Notes under the pieces: generated by a model
The model's database searches: none
What the model saw: only the letters and a program-made list of their open reading frames with translations
Told to the model about the DNA's origin: nothing
From: Candidatus Levybacteria bacterium RIFCSPLOWO2_12_FULL_41_12
GTDB lineage: Bacteria; Patescibacteriota; Microgenomatia; Levybacterales; UBA12049
Direction: 5' to 3'
Length of the DNA stretch: 60,952 nucleotides
Assembly (NCBI GenBank): GCA_001784155.1
Contig: MFPL01000012.1
Location: forward strand, 1-60,952
In this document: positions 31,649-38,751 of the stretch, piece by piece
Position numbering within the stretch: the stretch's first letter is position 1
Layout of the letters: the number at the start of each line of letters is the position of its first letter
Made by a program: the position numbers and the translations under genes

Positions 31649-32305
31649 ATGAAATTACTTTTAACATCTTGTGGAAATGCGAATAAATCTATCGAAAAGG
31701 CTTTGTTAGAGCTTTTGGGTAAACCATTTAAAAAGGCAAACTTAACCTTTGTCCCAACGGCAGCAAACGTAAACGAAGGAGATAAGAGCTGGCTTCTTAA
31801 CGATATGAACAATTTCAAAAAACTGGGTTTTGCCTCATTTGACATTATTGATATATCTTCGGTACCCAGACATATATGGCTTAAAAGTTTTAAGAAAGCA
31901 GATGTATTTGTTTTTGGAGGAGGAGATACTTATTATCTTTCAAAGTGGATCAAAAAATCTGGGCTTTTAGAAATACTTCCTAAATTATTAAAAACAAGAG
32001 TTTATGTTGGAATAAGCGCAGGAAGTATGGTTACTGCCAAAAATATTTCTCTTGCCACCGTAGGTATCTTATATTATGAAAAATACGGAAAACTTAAAAA
32101 TAAAAGCGGCTTAGGACTCGTTGACTTTGAATTAAGACCTCATCTGAATTCCAACTGGTTTCCCAAAATTAGACTGCCATATCTTAAAAAGCTTGCGGAA
32201 AAAGTGCCATACAGCTTTTATGCTATCGATGATGACACTGCGATAAAGGTAGTGGGTAATAAAATCTCAATTATTTCCGAAGGTGAATGGAAAAAATTCA
32301 ACTAA
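31649..32305 (+). CDS. Peptidase E-like protein (S51, class I glutamine amidotransferase-like)
   Basis: FVPTAA, FGGGDT, GISAGS, RPH. Confidence 0.88.
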   Translation: MKLLLTSCGNANKSIEKALLELLGKPFKKANLTFVPTAANVNEGDKSWLLNDMNNFKKLGFASFDIIDISSVPRHIWLKSFKKADVFVFGGGDTYYLSKWIKKSGLLEILPKLLKTRVYVGISAGSMVTAKNISLATVGILYYEKYGKLKNKSGLGLVDFELRPHLNSNWFPKIRLPYLKKLAEKVPYSFYAIDDDTAIKVVGNKISIISEGEWKKFN

Positions 32306-32360
32306 ATGATAACGCTTTCGGGACTTATTGATCCCCCGTCCACTTAAAAACCTAGGGGAA
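32306..32360 (+). pseudogene. pyrC: 5' remnant of dihydroorotase
   Basis: ATG ATA ACG CTT TCG GGA CTT ATT GAT CCC C-C GTC CAC TTA gives MITLSGLIDP/xVHL, matching the LPGLIDxHVH metal-binding motif with a 1-nt loss; directly upstream of pyrD. Confidence 0.7.
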
Positions 32361-32385
32361 ATGAAAAAATGTTATAATCTTCCGA

Positions 32386-33453
32386 ATGCTTCATAGGCCT
32401 TTTTTTGATCCCCATCTGTCCTACGAAGAAAATTATAAAAAAGGACCATTCGGAGCATTTGCAGACAAAAAAGTTTTCAAAGACAAAGGAAAGCCAAGCT
32501 ATAATTTTTTGGGTGAAAAGGTATTTCTTCCACTTGGAATTCCCGCAGGGCCTCTCTTAAACTCGAAATTTACAAATGCAGCTTTGGATAAGGGATTTGA
32601 TATCGTTACTTATAAAACAGTAAGAAGTAAGAAATATTCTTCTCATTCATGGCCAAATGTTTTGTCGGTTAAAGTGCATGGGAAATTAACAGAGAAAAAA
32701 GCAGAGCGAGGGGTTATTGGCCACCATGGTTATAGTCATCCGTTATCTATTACCAATTCATTTGGTGTTCCATCCTTTGATCCTGATGTTTGGCAAAAAG
32801 ATTTAGCTAAGGCTGTAAGACACGCCCGAAGAGGACAAGTTGTTGTAGGAAGTTTTCAGGGAACAGTAAACAGTCAGCATGATAATGAAAAGTATCTTAA
32901 AGATTTTATTCTGACTGCCAGACTTATGAAAGAAACAGGAGTAAAAATTATGGAAGTGAATCTTTCGTGTCCAAACGAAGGTCACGGTAATTTACTCTGC
33001 TTCGATATAGAAAGAGCAAAGTTTATCGTGTATGGAATAAAGAATAAAATAGGCAATATTCCATTGATCGTGAAGATCTCTTATTTTCATAATGAAGAAA
33101 GACTTAGTAAGTTCGTTTACGAGCTAGGCAGCATAGTAGATGGCATAGCGGCAATAAATACATTACCCGCCAAAGTAATTGATGAAAAAAATCACCAAGC
33201 TCTTCTTGGAGAGGGAAGAATAAAAAGTGGGATTTGTGGTAGTGCTATACAATGGGCAGGACTTGAAATGGTAAAAAGACTTAAGAAATTGCGTGAAGAA
33301 TTGGGTTTGTCATTTGCCATTATCGGAGTGGGTGGAGTAACTATCCCAGAGGATTACTTCAAATACAAAAAAGCAGGAGCGGATGCTGTGATGTCTGCGA
33401 CAGGTGCCATGTGGAACCCCTTTTTAGCTCAAGAGATAAAAAACCTCCTCTAG
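32386..33453 (+). CDS. pyrD: Dihydroorotate dehydrogenase family protein
   Basis: GIPAGPL, TYKT, NSFG, EVNLSCPN, AINT, IIGVGGV. Confidence 0.8.
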   Translation: MLHRPFFDPHLSYEENYKKGPFGAFADKKVFKDKGKPSYNFLGEKVFLPLGIPAGPLLNSKFTNAALDKGFDIVTYKTVRSKKYSSHSWPNVLSVKVHGKLTEKKAERGVIGHHGYSHPLSITNSFGVPSFDPDVWQKDLAKAVRHARRGQVVVGSFQGTVNSQHDNEKYLKDFILTARLMKETGVKIMEVNLSCPNEGHGNLLCFDIERAKFIVYGIKNKIGNIPLIVKISYFHNEERLSKFVYELGSIVDGIAAINTLPAKVIDEKNHQALLGEGRIKSGICGSAIQWAGLEMVKRLKKLREELGLSFAIIGVGGVTIPEDYFKYKKAGADAVMSATGAMWNPFLAQEIKNLL

Positions 33454-33489
33454 ATTGACAAAAGCTTTTTATTGTGAGGATAATGGATT

Positions 33490-34089
33490 ATGCAGAGCCA
33501 GTATAAGAGAAGAGCCAAGGTTGGAATTATAATTTGGCTTATTGTTTCTATATCGAACCTCTATTTAGGCTTTTCTTTATTACCTCAAGTTCTTCAAACA
33601 GGAAATTCAAATTTTTCAAATCCAGCTTTTTTCTTAACGGGATTTGTTGGATACGCTTCTTTAATCATAGGTTTATATTACTATGCTAAATCCAAGGGTT
33701 ATTCGGGTTGGTTAGGATTGCTTGGATTTTTGCAGCTTATCGGAATATTGATAATTGTACTTCTAAAAGACAAAACCAATCCAAACTCCGCGAAGAAAAG
33801 CAACAAGCTGCTAATAATTTTTGCTGCAGCTATTCTTATAATTATTGTATTTGGAGTGGTATCTAGTATGTTATTGTCGAAAATTGATCCATTCAAACAA
33901 ATAACTGAAGCTACTATTGTTTCTTGCACAGATCAATGCAATACTAGTGGAGAAAATTCAAATCGATGTATTTTAACTTGTTTGGAAGAAAAAAATATAA
34001 TCAGTAAAGACAGCGAATGCTCATCTAAATGTGAAGACTCATTAAATGTTAGTCAATGCGTTGTTGATTGTGTTCTTCCAGAAAAATAA
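33490..34089 (+). CDS. Membrane protein with Cys-rich C-terminal domain
   Basis: Four TM helices, YAKSKGYSGWLG, four Cx3C motifs; own TTGACA promoter at 33455. Confidence 0.75.
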   Translation: MQSQYKRRAKVGIIIWLIVSISNLYLGFSLLPQVLQTGNSNFSNPAFFLTGFVGYASLIIGLYYYAKSKGYSGWLGLLGFLQLIGILIIVLLKDKTNPNSAKKSNKLLIIFAAAILIIIVFGVVSSMLLSKIDPFKQITEATIVSCTDQCNTSGENSNRCILTCLEEKNIISKDSECSSKCEDSLNVSQCVVDCVLPEK

Positions 34090-34130
34090 TAGGTAATTCT
34101 AGAGTTTCTTAGCCTTGAAGTAGGACGCGA

Positions 34131-34202
34131 GCCGTAATGTCTGCCACCGGCGCCATGTGGAACCCGTTTTTAGCCCAAGAAATCAAGAAAAAGATAAATT
34201 GA
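34131..34202 (+). pseudogene. Orphan duplicate of the pyrD 3' end
   Basis: Encodes AVMSATGAMWNPFLAQEIKKKIN*, against AVMSATGAMWNPFLAQEIKNLL* at 33385-33453. Confidence 0.9.
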
Positions 34203-34258
34203 CAACTATTTGAATTGCTGAAACAATAATTTAAAGATACAATCCTGCAACCAGAAGA

Positions 34259-34789
34259 ATGAAGAATAAGATACTAATTGCAATACTTCTCATCGCAGGA
34301 ATTCTAGGGCTACTCGTGATTGTTGCTCCGGCCACTCTTTTACCAGTTTATATCTGGATTGTAAGACCATTCCAAATAAAAGGAGATGCGATGTATCCTA
34401 ACTTTAAGGACGGACAGTACTATTTGACTGATATTCAGTATGTTAAAAAGGACAAAATCCAAAGAGGAGATGTACTGATATTTAAAGCCCCACCTGATCC
34501 GGAAAAAGATTTTATAAAAAGAGTAATTGGATTGCCGGAGGATAAGATCCTGATTAAAGACGGCAATGTTTATCTGAACGGACAGCTATTAGGAGAACAA
34601 TATGTGAATGGTACAAAAACATACGGCGGAGATTTTTTGCAAGACGGGGAAACTGTTACTGTTCCGCCGAATAATTATTTTGTTTTAGGGGACAACAGGG
34701 AATATAGCTCTGACTCAAGAGTTTGGGGATTTGTTCCAAAAGAGAATTTAATAAGTAAAGTCGGTTTTTGCTACAATAACTGTGAATAA
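34259..34789 (+). CDS. lepB: Signal peptidase I family protein
   Basis: RGDVLIF, FIKRVIGLP, LGDNREYSSDSR; the usual catalytic Ser of GxSM reads GDAM. Confidence 0.85.
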   Translation: MKNKILIAILLIAGILGLLVIVAPATLLPVYIWIVRPFQIKGDAMYPNFKDGQYYLTDIQYVKKDKIQRGDVLIFKAPPDPEKDFIKRVIGLPEDKILIKDGNVYLNGQLLGEQYVNGTKTYGGDFLQDGETVTVPPNNYFVLGDNREYSSDSRVWGFVPKENLISKVGFCYNNCE

Positions 34790-34843
34790 ACAACCTCTAT
34801 AGCCTTGAAGCTGGGCTCCCTATCTGTTATACTTGAACCCACT

Positions 34844-36019
34844 ATGCCGGCAATTCAGAGAAGCGAATTCGCGCTAGCACTAAATCAGGTGGCAAATGAG
34901 CGGGGAATTGATCCCCAGATTGTCGTGGAAACTGTAAAGAATGCGATTCTCGCAGCATATAGAAAAGATCACCCCGATATCGAAACTGAAGAATTTACAG
35001 TAACTTTGGACGAAAACACAGGAGAAGCCAGAGTATTTCATAAGAAAGAAGATCTTACGCCTCCGGGGTTTGGTAGAATTGCCGCGCAGACTGCAAAACA
35101 GGTAATTCTTCAAAAAATCAGAGAGAAGGAAAAGGAAGCAATAATCACTGATTATAAAGTCAGAATTGGAACTATAGTTAACGGAATGGTGTTGCGCTTC
35201 GCAGGCCCAAATATAATCGTAGACATAGGAAAAACAGAAGGAATCATGCCTCCTGAAGAGCAAATTCCCAATGAGAAATATCACCTTAACCAGCGCCTTG
35301 CAGTTTACCTTTCAGAAATTAGGGAAGGAGCGAAGGGAGAGGATATAATTGTTTCACGTGCCTCAAGTGGCCTCTTGGAAGGGCTCTTGAAGAGAGAAGT
35401 TCCTGAAGTTGCACAAGGGTCGGTCGAAATAAAAGAAATTATAAGAGAACCTGGAAATAGAGCAAAAATTGCGGTCGCATCTACTCAGTCGGGAATAGAT
35501 CCGGTAGGAAGCTGCGTTGGTCAAAAAGGAGTAAGAGTGCAAGCTGTTATCCAGGAATTCGGAGGAATAGAAAAGATAGATATTATCCAGTGGACACAAG
35601 TCCTAAAAGACTACATCATTCAAGCCCTGTCTCCTGCAAAAAATATGAAGGTAGACTTAAATGAAGAGGGGAAAACCGCTTTAGTTACTGTTCCTCAGGA
35701 AGATTTGTCTCTGGCAATCGGAAAAGACGGACAAAACGTAAGGCTTGCTTCAAAACTGACAGGAATAAAAATCGAGATTGAAGGAGAAGCCTCCGCCGCT
35801 GAAGCTTTGGAAGCGCAAGGAGAGGAAGATAAGACTAAGCTTGAAGAAGCCTCAGCTGAAGAGAAGCCTGCAGTAAAAAAAACTAAAAAGGAAAAAGCCC
35901 CCAAGGCCAAAGCAGCTGTCGAAGCTGCAAAAGCAGAAGATGAAGGAGAGGTATCTAAAGAAGAACCAAAAGAAGAACCAAAAGAAGAACCAAAAGACGA
36001 AAAGCCATCTGTGGGGTAA
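34844..36019 (+). CDS. nusA: Transcription termination factor NusA
   Basis: FGRIAAQTAKQV, DPVGSCVG, AIGKDGQNVRLA; ATG at 34844. Confidence 0.96.
   Translation: MPAIQRSEFALALNQVANERGIDPQIVVETVKNAILAAYRKDHPDIETEEFTVTLDENTGEARVFHKKEDLTPPGFGRIAAQTAKQVILQKIREKEKEAIITDYKVRIGTIVNGMVLRFAGPNIIVDIGKTEGIMPPEEQIPNEKYHLNQRLAVYLSEIREGAKGEDIIVSRASSGLLEGLLKREVPEVAQGSVEIKEIIREPGNRAKIAVASTQSGIDPVGSCVGQKGVRVQAVIQEFGGIEKIDIIQWTQVLKDYIIQALSPAKNMKVDLNEEGKTALVTVPQEDLSLAIGKDGQNVRLASKLTGIKIEIEGEASAAEALEAQGEEDKTKLEEASAEEKPAVKKTKKEKAPKAKAAVEAAKAEDEGEVSKEEPKEEPKEEPKDEKPSVG
35957..35992 (+). repeat. 12-bp perfect tandem repeat x3 (KEEP) in the NusA tail
   Basis: AAAGAAGAACCA x3. Confidence 0.85.
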
Positions 36020-36051
36020 CCTATGAGAAACATTTCGTCTTCAAATAATAT

Positions 36052-37482
36052 ATGCCAAAAGATAATAAATCAAAAACAATCTATCCGCCCGTTGTAGCTG
36101 TTTTGGGTCATGTTGACCACGGAAAAACTACACTCCTTGATTCAGTTAGGAAATCTAGCGTCGCAGAAAAAGAGCACGGAGGAATAACTCAGAGAATCGG
36201 AGCCTCTTCAGTAGAAGTACTTCATGAAGGGATAAAGAGAAGAATAACTTTCATAGATACTCCGGGACACGAGGCCTTTTTTGCCATGAGAAGTAGGGGG
36301 GCGAGGGTCGCTGACGTATCGCTTCTCGTAGTTTCTCTGGTAGACGGGGTAATGCCTCAAACAAAGGAGAGTATAAAACTTCTTCAGGCATCCAAGATGC
36401 CTTTCATAGCTGTTCTTACAAAATCTGATTCACCGGAAAAAAATTCTGAGAAAGTAAAACAGCAGCTTATTAAAGAGGACGTAGTGCTAGAAGGGTATGG
36501 CGGAAATGTTCCCCTTATTGAAGTATCCGCAAGGGACGGAAGCAATATAAAGGAGCTTTTGGATCTAATTCTTCTGGTTTTTGACGTAACTCCCTCTCAT
36601 GCTTCAAAAACTTCTCCTTTCGAAGGGGTAGTTATTGAGTCGCGACTTGATGAAAAAGCAGGTCCTAGAGCAACACTTGTTATAAAAAACGGGTCATTAG
36701 CAGTAAGAGACGAGATTTCCTCCGATGGCCCGAAGGCCCGCGTCAGAACAATAATTAATTCTCTTGGGGAGCATATAAAAGAAGCAAGTGTAGGAGACGC
36801 TGTTGAAATTTTGGGTTTTGATAAAGTGCCCGATGTAGGAATCGTCTTTACAAAAGGTGGGAAAGCCGAGGCTCCGGTTTCGGTCCGGGAAGAATCCATT
36901 CCTCCTCAAAATCCGGAAGGAATAGTTTCTTTAACGCTCGCCGCAGAAACTCAAGGGGCACTGGAGGCAATTGTTAGCGCATTGCCGACTGGAGCAAAGC
37001 TTGTTTCCAAAAAAACCGGAGAGATAACTACAGCTGATGTGCTTTTCGCTAAGTCAATCGGTGCAATAGTTCTAGGATTTAATGTAAAGATAAGGCCTGA
37101 AGTTTTAAAGCTTGCAGCCACGGAAAAAGTATTAGTCAAAAATTACAAGCTTATTTACGAAATGCTCTCTGAGATAAATGACGTTATCGAAGGGAAAGAG
37201 CTGTCAATGCAGGAGGAAATATATGGAGTCGCAAAGATTCTGGCGCGATTTCCATATGAGAAAACAGAGGTTTTAGGTATTGCTGTCACAGACGGACGCG
37301 TGGCTAAAGGAGATAAGGCGCGAATCGTCCGTGGAGACGAAGTTGTAGGGGAAGCTAGGATTACTTCTCTCAGACAAGGTAAAGAACAAATATCAAAAGT
37401 AGAGACAGGCGAGGAAGCAGGTATTATAATCACCCCTTTTCTTGACTTTACTATAGGGGATATGGTAATATGCCACGGTTAG
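36052..37482 (+). CDS. infB: Translation initiation factor IF-2 (short, no N-terminal extension)
   Basis: GHVDHGKTTLLD, GGITQ, DTPGHEAF. Confidence 0.95.
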   Translation: MPKDNKSKTIYPPVVAVLGHVDHGKTTLLDSVRKSSVAEKEHGGITQRIGASSVEVLHEGIKRRITFIDTPGHEAFFAMRSRGARVADVSLLVVSLVDGVMPQTKESIKLLQASKMPFIAVLTKSDSPEKNSEKVKQQLIKEDVVLEGYGGNVPLIEVSARDGSNIKELLDLILLVFDVTPSHASKTSPFEGVVIESRLDEKAGPRATLVIKNGSLAVRDEISSDGPKARVRTIINSLGEHIKEASVGDAVEILGFDKVPDVGIVFTKGGKAEAPVSVREESIPPQNPEGIVSLTLAAETQGALEAIVSALPTGAKLVSKKTGEITTADVLFAKSIGAIVLGFNVKIRPEVLKLAATEKVLVKNYKLIYEMLSEINDVIEGKELSMQEEIYGVAKILARFPYEKTEVLGIAVTDGRVAKGDKARIVRGDEVVGEARITSLRQGKEQISKVETGEEAGIIITPFLDFTIGDMVICHG

Positions 37483-37507
37483 TTTAATCCTATAGCATTT
37501 AGCATTC

Positions 37508-38386
37508 ATGAATAACTTAGATAAAGTAATCGAGGCTCTAAATAAAGGTGAACCCATCGCCGTCGCCGTAGGTCAAAATTATGGCCTTGACGAAATTGCT
37601 GCGGCATTAGGCCTTTACTTGACGCTTTTCGATTCAGGAAAAGACGTTTCTATTGCTTCTCCAACAAGTCCCCTGGTTGAAGTTTCAAATCTTGTAGGAA
37701 TAGATAAGGTTAAAGGAAACTTTGTAAATGGTAAGGGAGGAGATCTAGTTGTATCTTTTCCTTACAAGAATGATGAAATAGACAAAGTTTCGTATACCCT
37801 CGAAGAGGGATTCTTAAACATTATAGTTAAGGGAAAAGATGAGCAGCTCTCCTTCGGAGAAAAAGATGTGATATTTAAAAACACAAGCAAGGCTCCCTCT
37901 CTTTTATTCGTAGTTGGTACTCCAAGAATTTCTGATCTGGGAAGACTTTTTGACGCTGAAGCAATGAAGGACACAATGGTAGTAAATATAGATAATAAGC
38001 CGGATAACCAAGGATACGGAGACGTAGTTGTTGTTTCACCTACCGCGTCTTCTGTTTCAGAACAAGTCGGAGACTTGATACTGGGATTAGGACTTAGGCT
38101 TGATCCCGATTCTTCGCAGAATTTAATGTCTGGAATTTCCTACGCCACAAATGATTTTGCAAGCGACAGAACAACCCCTTTGGCTTTTGAAATAGCATCA
38201 ATTCTTATGAGAAATGGAGCTCGAAGAAATAGAACCCATACCGTACAGGAAGAGAGACCGGTAGCAGAGGAAAGAGTAGTCGGCGAGAGAACTTTTGATA
38301 TTAAGAGAGTTGAGCGAAAAGTTCAAAATCCGCCAAAAGAATGGCTTACACCTAAGATTTATAAAGGTTCAACGAACGTTGAATAA
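37508..38386 (+). CDS. DHH/NrnA-like phosphoesterase homolog with degenerate motifs
   Basis: Position after infB; VVNIDNKPDNQGYG in place of IDHH..N..YG; SSVSE. Confidence 0.65.
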   Translation: MNNLDKVIEALNKGEPIAVAVGQNYGLDEIAAALGLYLTLFDSGKDVSIASPTSPLVEVSNLVGIDKVKGNFVNGKGGDLVVSFPYKNDEIDKVSYTLEEGFLNIIVKGKDEQLSFGEKDVIFKNTSKAPSLLFVVGTPRISDLGRLFDAEAMKDTMVVNIDNKPDNQGYGDVVVVSPTASSVSEQVGDLILGLGLRLDPDSSQNLMSGISYATNDFASDRTTPLAFEIASILMRNGARRNRTHTVQEERPVAEERVVGERTFDIKRVERKVQNPPKEWLTPKIYKGSTNVE

Positions 38387-38430
38387 AGCCTCGATTGTTA
38401 AAGTAAAGAAAGAATGTTATAATACGACCT

Positions 38431-38700
38431 ATGCCGCTTAGTCCTTCACAGAAACAAGAAGTTATTAAGGAGTTCCAAACAGTAGATGGAGATACGGGAA
38501 GTCCTGAAGTGCAGATCGCACTTTTGTCCAAAAGAATAGAAAAGCTAACGGGACATCTTAAGGAACACAATCATGATGTTCATTCAAGGCGTGGGCTTCT
38601 GTCGATGATCGCCAAAAGACGCAGACTTGTGAATTTTCTAGAGAAGGTAGATAAAATTAGAGCCTCCGAGATTGTTAAGAAAGTAGGACTAAAAAACTAA
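38431..38700 (+). CDS. rpsO: 30S ribosomal protein S15
   Basis: DTGSPEVQIALL, DVHSRRGLL. Confidence 0.97.
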   Translation: MPLSPSQKQEVIKEFQTVDGDTGSPEVQIALLSKRIEKLTGHLKEHNHDVHSRRGLLSMIAKRRRLVNFLEKVDKIRASEIVKKVGLKN

Positions 38701-38751
38701 CTAACTTCCTTATAGGAGTGCCTCGTAACAAAGTAATAAAGTAAGAAATAA

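Noticed and set aside
30261-34800. Classical integron or prophage
   Set aside because: No integrase, attC-like structures or phage genes are visible
35957-35992. CRISPR-like repeat
   Set aside because: In-frame 12-bp tandem repeat with no spacers
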